Shown: piece by piece, positions 44,136 through 54,125 of the stretch | Numbering within the stretch: the stretch's first letter is position 1 | How the letters are laid out: every line of letters starts with the position of its first letter | Origin: Candidatus Latescibacterota bacterium | GTDB lineage: Bacteria; Latescibacterota; UBA2968; GCA-2709665 | Assembly: GCA_965203805.1 (NCBI GenBank) | Contig: OZ241917.1 | Span: forward strand, 5,472,001 to 5,536,000 | Length of the DNA: 64,000 nt | Reading direction: 5' to 3' | Made by a program: the position numbers and the translations under genes | The notes under the pieces: model-generated | The model's database searches: none | Told to the model about the DNA's origin: nothing | What the model saw: the letters and a program-made list of their open reading frames with translations, nothing else

Positions 44136-44903
44136 TCAACGTATGTAAATCCCTCCGTTGGCGTCGATGATTTCGCCTGTGATGAAGCTGCCCTGGTCCG
44201 ATGCGAGGAGCAGCACGGCGCCGACCATTTCCTCGGGTCGGCCGACCCGTTTCAGCGGTGTGGCTTCTCCAAAGGACTCGAGTTGCTCCGGTGTGGAGTG
44301 CCGGTGCTGCATCGGCGTGTCGATCACGCCCGGCGCCAGGGCATTGACCCGTATGCCGAACGGCGCGAGCTCTTTAGCGAGTCCCCGTGTGAAGGTATTG
44401 ACGCCGCCCTTTGCCGTGCCGTAAGGCAGGGTGCCTCCTCCTCCTCCGGTATGACCGGCCACCGACGAGATATTCACAATGGCCCCGCCGCCCTGCTCTT
44501 GCAAGGCGGGAATGGCCGCGCGGCAGCACAGGAACACACTCTTCAGGTTGACGTTGATGATGTGGTCCCACACGTCGTCCGGGCACTCCGCAATGGACAC
44601 TTTGTCCATCCACTGACCGGCGTTGTTTATCAGTACATCCAGCCGCCCGCCGAAGACTTCGAGGGTATGGTCCACCAGGCGCTGAACGTCTCCGGCGCTG
44701 CAGACGTCGGTCCTTACGGTCTCGACGCGGCCCTCCGACGTCGAGGCGTCTGCTTTGAGCGCGTCCGTGCCGGCCTTGTTGCTATTGTAGGTGGCCATGA
44801 CCGATGCGCCCTCGCTCGCCAGGGCGAGTGCGACGGCACGGCCGATCCCGCTGCTGGCGCCGGTAACGATAGCGACTCTGCCGTTGAATTGCCGGTGGCT
44901 CAT
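44136..44903 (-). CDS. SDR oxidoreductase
   Basis: TGASSGIG, NNAG, YGTAK. Confidence 0.92.
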   Translation of the reverse strand: MSHRQFNGRVAIVTGASSGIGRAVALALASEGASVMATYNSNKAGTDALKADASTSEGRVETVRTDVCSAGDVQRLVDHTLEVFGGRLDVLINNAGQWMDKVSIAECPDDVWDHIINVNLKSVFLCCRAAIPALQEQGGGAIVNISSVAGHTGGGGGTLPYGTAKGGVNTFTRGLAKELAPFGIRVNALAPGVIDTPMQHRHSTPEQLESFGEATPLKRVGRPEEMVGAVLLLASDQGSFITGEIIDANGGIYIR

Positions 44904-44943
44904 ATCAGTCCTCTCTCAGCGCAAGGGATTTTGAAACAGCTTC

Positions 44944-45711
44944 TCAGGGTTTGTCGAAGAGCTTCTTCCAGTCCGAAAACGCCATCTGCCCGCCGTCCGC
45001 GACAAGCGTCTGTCCGGTAATGAACCGGGCGTCTTGAGTGGTAAGAAAGTATGCAATGCCTGCGATTTCTTCCGGCTCGCCGTACCGGCCCTGAGGAATG
45101 AGCTTGAGGTAATTGTCCAGGGTCTCCCTGTCGTCCAGCAGGTCGTCGTTCGCCGGTGTGTTGATCACGCCCGGACAGATCGCGTTCACACGAACGTTGT
45201 GCGGCGCGAATTCTCCCGCGGCGGTCCGGGTAAGGGCGACGAGCGCGGCTTTGGAAGAGTCGTAGGCGGCGGAGCCCTTGCTGGAAACCATCGCGTTACG
45301 GGACGCGATGTTGACGACAACCCCGTCGCCGCGTTCGATCATGCCGGGTGCGACCTCCCGCGTCAGGACGAATGGCGCCGTGGTATTGATTCGGTAGATC
45401 TCCTCCCATCGAACCAGAGCAATGTCCACCAGGGGTTCGTAGCACCATGCGCCGGCATTGTTGACAAGTACCTCAATGGCGCCGTTCTCTCTTGCGAGGC
45501 CCGCCGCCAGTTCAGGTATGGACTCCAGATCGTTCAGGTCGAAGACGCACGGGATGACGTTGCAAACGCATCCGGCCAGCGCTTCGAGGGCGCGCTCCGA
45601 ACGGTCCAGGGCGATGACACGATCGCCTTCTGCTGAGAATCTCTCCGCAATGGCTTTGCCGATGCCGCTGCCGGCGCCGGTGACCAGCACCAGCCTTCCG
45701 GACCTGTTCAT
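44944..45711 (-). CDS. SDR oxidoreductase
   Basis: TGAGSGIG, NNAG, YDSSK. Confidence 0.92.
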   Translation of the reverse strand: MNRSGRLVLVTGAGSGIGKAIAERFSAEGDRVIALDRSERALEALAGCVCNVIPCVFDLNDLESIPELAAGLARENGAIEVLVNNAGAWCYEPLVDIALVRWEEIYRINTTAPFVLTREVAPGMIERGDGVVVNIASRNAMVSSKGSAAYDSSKAALVALTRTAAGEFAPHNVRVNAICPGVINTPANDDLLDDRETLDNYLKLIPQGRYGEPEEIAGIAYFLTTQDARFITGQTLVADGGQMAFSDWKKLFDKP

Positions 45712-45802
45712 GGACGAACGCCTCCGGATTGACGGACGATCCCGCGACGCGGGAAGAGCAACGACATGAATCTGCCGCCCTTTCGGGGGGTGATCGCGTC
45801 CG

Positions 45803-47005
45803 CTACAGCCAGCCCGCGACGGTCCACATGGCGCTCAGCCGGCCGTAGGGCGCGTTGAGGAGTCTTCGGGCATCCGCCACGGGATCGCCGCCGTAGGTGC
45901 GCGTGAATTCGGCACGGATCCGTTCTTCCAGGCCTGTGGTTGCCTTCAGCGGGATGTCAACCCACCCGCCCCCCGTGTCGGCGCTTTCCCGCAGCGCCAC
46001 CCACATTTCGTAGTCCAGCCGGCCACCGGTGGCGCCGTATTGCGGGTCTGTGTCGCGGGTGACGGCCGTGTGCAGGCTCTCGAGGATTGCGGCCTTCGCA
46101 ACGTCGTCCTGGCTGGAGACCCTGTACGGCTTGTAGGGATTGTCCCAGGCGACCGGAGGGTCCGTGTCCACCTGAACCCTCGCGAGGATCTGTTCTCCAT
46201 CGACTTCCTCGTATATTTCGCGAATGGGATAGGTCTCGCGCCCCGCCGGGTTGTAAAGCGTCAATTCGCCGCCCGAGAGGTAGCCGTTCAGACCTTCGAT
46301 GTCCCAGTTCATGCCGGGCGCGGCGCCGGGGACGGTGGGCATCTCGTAGATGCACGCCACGTCGTTTTCGAATTCGATCACGCCGCATTCCCACCAACGG
46401 GCCGTTTCGTCACCCCCGCCGTAGTTCTTGTAGGGCGGTACCTCTACTGCCTGCGCGTAGCCCATCGCGCGCCGGGGTCTGCTGTCCAGTATCGTCCGGA
46501 CGGCGTTCAGACCGTGGTAACTTCCCGCGGGATACCGGAGACGGGCATGGGTAAGCCTGCCCAGGATGCCTTCCCGTGCGATTTTCTGCTTGAGTCGCTC
46601 AGTGGGCCAGAGCCAGACGTTTTCGGCGACCTCCCATTTCAGTCCCCTTTCCCGTGCCGCGCGGTCAATTGCGTCCCCCACGTCCAGCGTGAGCGCATAG
46701 GGGATTTCGGTGACGATATGGCAACCGTGCGCAACGCCCGCGAGGGCCGCTACCGTCTGGCCGTCGGTGGGGAGCAGGACGAAAAAGACGTCCGGCTTCT
46801 GTTCCTCGAGCAGCGTGTCGATACACGTATAGCGGGCCGGAACGTCGAACAATTCCCCCGCCGCGTGCAGGGCGTCTTCGCCGGCGTCGCAGATCGCGCA
46901 AAGGTCATAGAGATGCGCCAGCTTACGGATCGTGGCCAGGTAGCCCCTGGCGCGCGATCCCGGCTGGGCGCCGACACCCGCAACGGCCATGCGCAGCGTG
47001 GACAT
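45803..47005 (-). CDS. Gfo/Idh/MocA oxidoreductase
   Basis: N-terminal Rossmann fold, LCAICD, HIVTEIP (EKP equivalent), VAEN. Confidence 0.82.
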   Translation of the reverse strand: MSTLRMAVAGVGAQPGSRARGYLATIRKLAHLYDLCAICDAGEDALHAAGELFDVPARYTCIDTLLEEQKPDVFFVLLPTDGQTVAALAGVAHGCHIVTEIPYALTLDVGDAIDRAARERGLKWEVAENVWLWPTERLKQKIAREGILGRLTHARLRYPAGSYHGLNAVRTILDSRPRRAMGYAQAVEVPPYKNYGGGDETARWWECGVIEFENDVACIYEMPTVPGAAPGMNWDIEGLNGYLSGGELTLYNPAGRETYPIREIYEEVDGEQILARVQVDTDPPVAWDNPYKPYRVSSQDDVAKAAILESLHTAVTRDTDPQYGATGGRLDYEMWVALRESADTGGGWVDIPLKATTGLEERIRAEFTRTYGGDPVADARRLLNAPYGRLSAMWTVAGWL

Positions 47006-47145
47006 GCGAAGGGTTCCTCGAGTATATCAGCGGCGACCGTCCCATGCGAGGCGATGACGCTGAGATCGGATCGCACGGCGCGTGATCGCGCGGCGCGGGC
47101 CTTCCACCGTGTACGGGAAAGATGGCTGAAACGCCGCAGATGCGG

Positions 47146-47955
47146 TCACGGGATGTGGTCTTCGGCGCTGTCCTGGGGGACAAAGCCGAGAACGTCCCTC
47201 GCATGGCCCATGTCTACCCAGCAGTACCTGTTGTTGGAGATGCTGTAGAAGATATCAAAGCGAAGATCGTCCGGAGCGTTGATACAGTCCTCGGTGATCT
47301 TCACGACGTCGCGCTGGCTGCACCAGACCGCGGAGAGTTCGGGGCCGGCCGGCCGGTCTTCGGCGTTGACAGCTCCGATCCGCAGGGAAATGCACGAGAG
47401 CCCGTGGACGTCGGCGTAGAATCGGGCCAGGGCTTCGCCCCAGACCTTGCTCGCGGAATAGGGTTCCGTGGGCCGCGTGGGGTCCTTGTGCGTTACGATG
47501 GGAATGGGATCGGGAACCTCGTCGAACCGGCACTCTCTGATGGCCTTGTAGGGTTCGTCGTCCTGATATCCCCAGTTGGTCATGATGGAACTGGCGTAGA
47601 TGATCCGCCGGACCCCCGCGATGCGGCACGCTTCGAAGACGTTGTAGGCGCCGATCACGTTGCTCTTGAGGATGTTGTCCCAACTCGCATCGGGCCGGGG
47701 ATCGGCGGCCATCTGGACGACCGTGTCCATGCCGTTGACGGCGTTCTGCACGGCTTCCGGGTCGGAAAGATCGGCGAGGTGGAATCTGTCGTCCGGGATG
47801 GTGAGTACACGCCCGTCGGGCGCCCGGTCGGAAGGATAGCGCCTGCGCGCGAGGGCGTAGGTGTCGTACGCGTCGGGCGACTGCATCAGATGCTCGTAGA
47901 TGGCGCCGGGAATGAGCCCGTATACGCCGGTGACGAGGACTTTTCGGCGCGGCAT
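47146..47955 (-). CDS. NAD-dependent epimerase/dehydratase (uronate dehydrogenase-like)
   Basis: VLVTGVYGLI, YASS, YSASK, SLRIG, LGFVPQDSAE. Confidence 0.85.
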   Translation of the reverse strand: MPRRKVLVTGVYGLIPGAIYEHLMQSPDAYDTYALARRRYPSDRAPDGRVLTIPDDRFHLADLSDPEAVQNAVNGMDTVVQMAADPRPDASWDNILKSNVIGAYNVFEACRIAGVRRIIYASSIMTNWGYQDDEPYKAIRECRFDEVPDPIPIVTHKDPTRPTEPYSASKVWGEALARFYADVHGLSCISLRIGAVNAEDRPAGPELSAVWCSQRDVVKITEDCINAPDDLRFDIFYSISNNRYCWVDMGHARDVLGFVPQDSAEDHIP

Positions 47956-48177
47956 GTCACCTCCATAGACCGATGGTTTCGAGGGAGAAAGTGTTCCGGT
48001 TGAATAATGGGTCTTTTAAGATAAATCCATATATTCTAAATGTTTACAACGATCGTGCTGAAATTCTGAACCGATGCGGACGTCCGAACCGTACCGATTC
48101 GGCCGGCGGATCAAGGTAACGAAAGCGTGTGAATCGCGAAAGAGAAAACGCAAGCGCCCGCCTCACGCGGGAAGCGC

Positions 48178-48450
48178 AAAACCGGTGAGACGGTAGACGT
48201 TAGACGGTAGATGACGTCCTTGCCCGATTGGATCTTTCTTAATGCCTCCGGCACGAAATGAATCCGCACCGCGCAATCACATCCTCTAACGTCTACCCTC
48301 TCCCCTCTCACCGCCTTTAGGGCACTGATATCATCTCACGTCTCACCTCTCCCGTCTCCCCGCCTTTAGGAAATTTGGGGAAAAGGGGGTTTTGACTTTG
48401 ATTTTCGCTTTTGATTCAAGCTGACGGCTGATGGCTGACGGCTGACAGCT
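48178..48450. repeat. Heptamer-armed intergenic repeat, copy D
   Basis: About 85% identical to copy B over 168 nt; TTGATTCAA followed by four GCTGANN heptamers. Confidence 0.88.
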
Positions 48451-48491
48451 GCTGTTGCCGTGACCGGCCGATGGGGAGGAATTGAATTTCG

Positions 48492-48519
48492 TTGACACAC
48501 GCCGTGACGATTCTATATT
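48492..48519 (+). promoter_or_regulatory. Candidate promoter of pyrH-purD-purE
   Basis: TTGACA-N16-TATATT. Confidence 0.55.
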
Positions 48520-48707
48520 AAATCCGTATGGCATCCAGGACGGCGCCGCCGGGCGGCGTTCCGGATCAGGAGCTCCCGATATCCCCATCGGGTCGCCTCG
48601 TGACATCGGCATAACCGGTCTCCATCGTCTGTCCCCGGACCAACCATTCTGTTTCACGAACCATCCCTCACTTTCTTCCCATCCGCACCCCGGAGTCTAC
48701 CAGAATA

Positions 48708-49442
48708 ATGAGATACAGTCGAATTGTACTTAAATTGAGCGGCGCCGCCGTCGCGGGCGATCGGGAATTCGGATTCGATCCGGTCGCGCTGGAGTACATT
48801 GCGGATGAGATCCTGGCCGTGCACAGCATGGGCGTCGGCGTGGGCGTCGTTATCGGCGGCGGCAACATTTTCAGGGGGATGCTCGGCGCACAATGGGGAA
48901 TCGAAGAGTCTGAAGCCCACAACATCGGTATGCTGGGTACGATCGTCAACAGCCTGATGTTGCGCGGCGTGATGACCGCCAGGAGCGACGCCGAAGTGCG
49001 GGTGATGACGGCAATTCCGATCAACGCGGTCGCGGAACCCTTTATCCGGTTGCGCGCCATTCACCATATCGAAAAGGGATATATCGTGATCTTCGCCGGG
49101 GGCATTGGCAATCCGTACGTGACAACGGATTATCCCGGTGTGCAGCGCGCCCTGGAAATTCGGGCCGATGCCATTCTCTTCGCGAAACACAAGACCGCCG
49201 GCGTCTACACCGACGATCCGAACAGGAGTCCCGAGGCGCGCCTGTATCGCAGCGTCGACTACGATACCGTCGTGCGGGAAAACCTGGGCGCGCTGGACCA
49301 GTCCGCGGTCATTCTTGCCCGCGACAACCGGCTCCCCATCCATGTCTTCGATTTTGACACGCGCGGGACGATGCGCCGGATTCTGGAGGGCGAAGACCTG
49401 GGTACGGTGATCGCGCATGGTTCCGGAGACGAGTTGGCATAA
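48708..49442 (+). CDS. pyrH: UMP kinase family protein
   Basis: RIVLKLSG, VIGGGNIFRG, GNPYVTTD, VYTDDP. Confidence 0.85.
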   Translation: MRYSRIVLKLSGAAVAGDREFGFDPVALEYIADEILAVHSMGVGVGVVIGGGNIFRGMLGAQWGIEESEAHNIGMLGTIVNSLMLRGVMTARSDAEVRVMTAIPINAVAEPFIRLRAIHHIEKGYIVIFAGGIGNPYVTTDYPGVQRALEIRADAILFAKHKTAGVYTDDPNRSPEARLYRSVDYDTVVRENLGALDQSAVILARDNRLPIHVFDFDTRGTMRRILEGEDLGTVIAHGSGDELA

Positions 49443-49501
49443 CGGCAGCCGCGAGGGATCGCGCAGGTAGAGATGAATCCGAATTCGGGGGAATCGTGCC
49501 A

Positions 49502-50782
49502 ATGAAAGTCCTGATTGTGGGAAAGGGAGGCCGCGAGCACGCGTTTGCGTGGAAGATCTCCCGGAGTCCGAAGGTAAGCGGCATCTATGCCGCTCCGGGC
49601 AACCCCGGTATGGCAAGACATGCCACCTGCGTGGACATAGGCGTCGACGATCTTGACGGTCTGGTGGAATTCGCACTGCGGGAGCGGATCGATCTGACCG
49701 TGGTCGGGCCGGAGGACCCGCTTGCGGACGGAATTGCAGACCGTTTCGAAGCGGTCGGCCTCCGCGTGTTCGGCCCCTCGCGGCAAGCCGCCCGGATTGA
49801 GGCCGATAAGGATTTCGCGCTCCGCCTGATGCACAAATACGACATTCCAACCGGGCAGTATCGGACGTTTACGGACCCGGATGCCGCGCGCGGGTTCGTC
49901 CGGGATTGGGGGGCGCCGGTGGTGTTGAAAGCATCGGGTCTGGCCGCGGGAAAGGGCGCGCTCGTGTGTGCTTCGGTCGACGAGGCGCTGCGTGCCGTGA
50001 ACCGGGTGATGGTGGACCGGGAATTCGGCGCCGCGGGAGATAAGCTGGTCGTTATGGAATACCTTGCGGGCGAGGAAGCGTCGATTACCGGGTTTACCGA
50101 CGGTGAACACGTGGTGTGCATCGTGCCGTCGCAGGACCACAAGACCATTGGCGAGGGCGATACCGGCCCCAATACCGGCGGGATGGGCGCGTACGCGCCG
50201 GCGCCCGTGGTGACGCGGGAGATGCAGCAGTCCATTCTGGAACGCGTGATGATTCCCACCGTGAAGGCGCTGGCCGCGGAAGGGAGGCCCTACAAGGGGA
50301 TCCTCTATGGCGGCCTGATCATTACGGAGCGCGGCCCCCGGGTCATTGAATTCAACTGCCGCCTGGGCGACCCGGAGGCGCAGGTGGTGCTGCCGCTGCT
50401 CAAGACCGATCTTGTCGATATTATGGTGGCGGTGTCCGACGGCACGCTCGAAGACCTGGAGATCGAACTGGACAGCCGGGCCGCGACCTGCGTCGTTCTG
50501 GCCTCCGGAGGGTATCCCGGCGAGGTTGAAACGGGAGTTGCCATTTCGGGCCTGGACGAGGCGGAGGCACTGGACGACGTGCTGGTGTTTCACGCGGGTA
50601 CGGAGCGGAATGAAGGGACAACGGTGACCGCCGGCGGCAGGGTCCTTGGCGTTACGGCCATCGGGGAGGACATTCGCGATTCGGTCCATCGTGCTTACGA
50701 GGCGGTCGCGAAGATAGAGTTCGACAATGCAACCTACCGGAGGGACATCGGATACCGCGCGTTGGCGCGACAGGAGGTGTGA
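49502..50782 (+). CDS. purD: Phosphoribosylamine-glycine ligase
   Basis: GGREHA, VGPEDPL, GLAAGKG, QDHK, GPNTGGMGAY, EFNCRLGDPE. Confidence 0.97.
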   Translation: MKVLIVGKGGREHAFAWKISRSPKVSGIYAAPGNPGMARHATCVDIGVDDLDGLVEFALRERIDLTVVGPEDPLADGIADRFEAVGLRVFGPSRQAARIEADKDFALRLMHKYDIPTGQYRTFTDPDAARGFVRDWGAPVVLKASGLAAGKGALVCASVDEALRAVNRVMVDREFGAAGDKLVVMEYLAGEEASITGFTDGEHVVCIVPSQDHKTIGEGDTGPNTGGMGAYAPAPVVTREMQQSILERVMIPTVKALAAEGRPYKGILYGGLIITERGPRVIEFNCRLGDPEAQVVLPLLKTDLVDIMVAVSDGTLEDLEIELDSRAATCVVLASGGYPGEVETGVAISGLDEAEALDDVLVFHAGTERNEGTTVTAGGRVLGVTAIGEDIRDSVHRAYEAVAKIEFDNATYRRDIGYRALARQEV

Positions 50783-51052
50783 GATCTCCGGTCCGACGTT
50801 TCGGCGGATTTTCTGACCGATGCGTTCAGGGCGCAGGCGTTGCGGATCATGGGATATCGAACGGACGTCGTGGAGTTCGTGGATCCGGATCGCACCGCGA
50901 AAAACCTCATGATTCGCGCATTGAAGACGTCGCCCCCCGGCGACGCGGAGGCTGTGGATTCCTATCGGAAACTGAAGGCATTCTGGAACGTCTCGCCGAG
51001 CATCGAACGGCTGCTCGGCAAGCCGTTCACGCGGATGGTGGAAGCTGTCTGA
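50783..51052 (+). pseudogene. C-terminal remnant of a class I SAM methyltransferase
   Basis: ADFLTDAFRAQALRIMGYRTDVVEFV....TAKNLMIRA resembles the C-terminus of a larger methyltransferase family; no SAM-binding part present. Confidence 0.55.
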
Positions 51053-51124
51053 GGCGCCGGCGCCGCGATGGAATTGTGAAACCGGCAGCGAGTCGTTCAA
51101 ACGTCACAGAGGAGGAAGAGGATT

Positions 51125-51571
51125 GTGGTAGGCATAATTATGGGCAGCAAGTCCGACGAACAGATCATGCAGAAGGCAATACCCATGTTGGAAGAATTCG
51201 GTATACCGTACGAGATGACGGTGTCGTCCGCGCATCGGAACCCCGAACGGACGGGCGAGTATGCGCGCACCGCCGAGGCGCGCGGTCTCAAAGTCATTAT
51301 CGCCGGGGCGGGCCTGGCGGCTGCGCTGCCCGGCGTGATGGCGGCGCATTCCACGTTGCCCGTAATCGGAGTGCCGGTCGCCTCCGGGGCGCTGAACGGG
51401 ATCGATTCGCTGTACGCGATCGTACAGATGCCGCCGGGAGTGCCCGTGGCCTGCGTGGGGATCGACAACGCGAGAAACGCCGCCGTGCTTGCCGCGCAGA
51501 TCATCGCGCAGACGGACGCGGGCGTCAAGGAAAAACTGGACGCCTACAAGAAGGCCCTCGCGGAGGGGTAG
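51125..51571 (+). CDS. purE: N5-CAIR mutase
   Basis: [38 protein letters not shown]. Confidence 0.96.
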   Translation: MVGIIMGSKSDEQIMQKAIPMLEEFGIPYEMTVSSAHRNPERTGEYARTAEARGLKVIIAGAGLAAALPGVMAAHSTLPVIGVPVASGALNGIDSLYAIVQMPPGVPVACVGIDNARNAAVLAAQIIAQTDAGVKEKLDAYKKALAEG

Positions 51572-51597
51572 GTTCGGATATCGACCGATTGGAGATT

Positions 51598-51634
51598 GGA
51601 GGCGCATGCCGTGAGGGATGCGCCTTTTCTCTTT
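51598..51634 (+). terminator. Terminator after purE
   Basis: AGGCGCAT/ATGCGCCT stem followed by T-rich tail. Confidence 0.65.
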
Positions 51635-51657
51635 GGGAGCGATCGGGCCGGGCGGAG

Positions 51658-52785
51658 TCAGGCAGGGGATGTCAGTCGGGAGGCGGCGGTCATTTCCCGC
51701 ACCACCGACCGGGCATCGCCGGTCCTGTTCAGGATTTCCACCTGCCGCTGGGCCCAGGTCGGCCTGGCGGCAAGGTCCAGATTCCTCTCCAGATAGGAAA
51801 CGCAATCCAGGTCATCGGCCGTCGGTTTCAGCTGATCCACGAGGCGCCTGACCATTTCCCGCGCCGGCTGCAACTGGTAGGTATCGGAGTCGACGAGTTG
51901 GGCATCGAGCCCGTAACGGGCGGCGCGCCACTTGTTCTGCCGGATGAGCATCGGGTGGCAGTCGTGCTGATAGGCGCCGTGGTCGATGTGGTCGGAGAGG
52001 TATTTTACAAGGGACTGGATCAGGGCGACCAGGCCCAGGGTATCGTGGAAGTTGCCTGGAATGTCGCAGATGCGGATCTCGACCGTACCGAATTTGTTGT
52101 GGGGTCGGACGTCCCACCAGATTTCCCGGATGGTCTCGATATAGCCGGTTTCCACGAGGTGGTTCACCAGCCAGACGTATTCACTCCAGTTGCGCATCAG
52201 CGGCGGCAGCCCGGCGGTGGGCAGACCGTCCATGATCTTGGACCGCCAGGAGCAGACCCCGGTATTCCGGCCCTCCCAGAAGGGACTGTTGCAGCTCGAC
52301 GCCAGAAGGAGCGGCATGTAACGCAGGATGAATTCGCAGATCATGACCGCCTTGTCGCCGCTGTCCACGCCCACGTGCACGTGCAGCCCGAACGTGACCA
52401 GCTGGCGCGCCGTGTCCTGCAGGAGGTCCACCAGGCCGGCGTATCGCTTGTTGGGCGTGATCTCTTGGTCTCGCCACGTCGAAAACGGATGGGTTGCAGA
52501 CCAGAAGAGTCTCACGTCCTCCCGATCGGCGACGGCCTCGAGCGCGCGCAATTTCTCCCTGAGATCGGCTTCGACCTCCTTGAGGTTCATGCAGACGTCG
52601 GAGTTGATCTCCACGTAACACTGCATCAACTCAGGCTTGATCGTTCCCTCGAGTTGGGGCGGGACCCGCGCGATGAGCCCCTGGCTGGCGCTGCGCAGGG
52701 CCATCGTGCGAGAGTCCACGAGCGCAAGCTCGATCTCCACGCCGACCGTGGGTTCCAGGCTGGGGTTGAACTCCATTCGGCTCAT
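51658..52785 (-). CDS. YbdK-family carboxylate-amine (glutamate-cysteine) ligase
   Basis: TVGVEIEL, FGLHVHVG, WWDVRP..KFGTVEIRICD, NKWRAARYG; ATGA overlap with upstream gene. Confidence 0.92.
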   Translation of the reverse strand: MSRMEFNPSLEPTVGVEIELALVDSRTMALRSASQGLIARVPPQLEGTIKPELMQCYVEINSDVCMNLKEVEADLREKLRALEAVADREDVRLFWSATHPFSTWRDQEITPNKRYAGLVDLLQDTARQLVTFGLHVHVGVDSGDKAVMICEFILRYMPLLLASSCNSPFWEGRNTGVCSWRSKIMDGLPTAGLPPLMRNWSEYVWLVNHLVETGYIETIREIWWDVRPHNKFGTVEIRICDIPGNFHDTLGLVALIQSLVKYLSDHIDHGAYQHDCHPMLIRQNKWRAARYGLDAQLVDSDTYQLQPAREMVRRLVDQLKPTADDLDCVSYLERNLDLAARPTWAQRQVEILNRTGDARSVVREMTAASRLTSPA

Positions 52786-54011
52786 TGATCTGCCTCTTTG
52801 TCGTGAGTTTTCGGTTCCGACCATGACACGACCGCGCGCGCCAGAATCTTCGCGCCGATGCCCAGGGCGCGTTCGTCGATGTCGAAGTCCGGCGAATGCA
52901 GGCCGGTCACCGGCGCTCCGGGAGCCGAGCATCCGAGGCGAAACAGGCTGCCCGGCACGCGGTTGAGATAGTGGGCGAAATCATCGCCTCCCATGCTGGG
53001 CTGCCCGATGCGCTGGACCCGGTCGGGCCCGAGCAGATCGGCCGCGCATTCCCGGATCAGATCGGTCAGCCCCGGATCGTTCACGACCGATGGGGGCCCC
53101 GACCTGAACGTGATGTCGATTTCCGTGCCGGACGCGCGCGAAACCCCCGCCCCGACCTCCCGCACGCGTTCCAGCGCCCGGCGACGCGCTTCTTTGTCGA
53201 GGCTGCGTACGGTGCCCTTGAGCACCGCACGGTCGGGAATCGCATTGTAACGGGTTCCGGCTGTTACGGAGCCGACCGTAAGTACCACGGTATGCCGCGG
53301 ATCGAGCGACCTCGGCACAGCCACGTAGAACGCGTTGATCAACTGCGCCGCCGCGGCAATGGGGTCCCTGGACTCATAGGGTCTTGCGGCGTGGCCGCCG
53401 CTGCCCCGGACGAGCACGTGCATCTCGTCGCAATGCGCGGTCATGACGCCGGATCGATGCCCGATGGTTCCCGCGGGACGCGACGGGTCCACGTGGAGCG
53501 CCAGCATCGCGTTGACGCCGTCGAGCGCGCCGGCTTCGATCATTTCCAGCGCGCCCTGGTTGGTCTCTTCGGCCGGCTGAAAGACCGCCCGCCAGGAAAC
53601 GGGCCAGGGCAGTGTTCCGGATTCTCCGGCGGCGTGGAGCGCCAGCGCGGCCCCCAGCACCGCTGCGGCGTGGGCGTCGTGGCCGCAGGCGTGCATCGCT
53701 CCGCGCACACTGCTGCGATAGTCGACGGCTTTGGCGTCCTGTATGGGGAGCGCGTCCAGGTCGGCCCTCACGGCGATTCTGGGCCCGGACCCGTTCCCGG
53801 GGGACTCGGCGATCACCCCGCGGCCGGCGGGGCCCGTGCGGACGTGGAAGCCGCCGGACACCAACTGCGCTTCCAGATACCGGGTGGTCTCCGTTTCCTC
53901 GCCGCTTACCTCGGGATGGGTATGGAGATGCCGCCTGGTCTGCACCATGCGGTCCCGCAACGCATCGACGGTACGGTCGAGTTGCGTGATCCATTCTTTC
54001 TGATCTGACAT
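52782..54011 (-). CDS. M20D amidohydrolase
   Basis: RRHLHTHPE, RADLDALP, MHACGHD, FQPAEE, GGHAARP, LHSPDFDIDE. Confidence 0.92.
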   Translation of the reverse strand: MSDQKEWITQLDRTVDALRDRMVQTRRHLHTHPEVSGEETETTRYLEAQLVSGGFHVRTGPAGRGVIAESPGNGSGPRIAVRADLDALPIQDAKAVDYRSSVRGAMHACGHDAHAAAVLGAALALHAAGESGTLPWPVSWRAVFQPAEETNQGALEMIEAGALDGVNAMLALHVDPSRPAGTIGHRSGVMTAHCDEMHVLVRGSGGHAARPYESRDPIAAAAQLINAFYVAVPRSLDPRHTVVLTVGSVTAGTRYNAIPDRAVLKGTVRSLDKEARRRALERVREVGAGVSRASGTEIDITFRSGPPSVVNDPGLTDLIRECAADLLGPDRVQRIGQPSMGGDDFAHYLNRVPGSLFRLGCSAPGAPVTGLHSPDFDIDERALGIGAKILARAVVSWSEPKTHDKEADQ

Positions 54012-54125
54012 TGACGACGTGTTCATCCCGAAAGTAGCTGAAAGGAATTTCAAAAGGGCGTTGGGCGCTATCGTCGAACTTCATCCAGGGACGAGTCCGC
54101 CCCGCAAGCGCTATCCGGCCCGTGT

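Noticed and set aside
50780-50782. Selenocysteine or readthrough at the purD TGA
   Set aside because: PurD is complete at this stop (DIGYRAL end motif), and no convincing SECIS-like hairpin follows.
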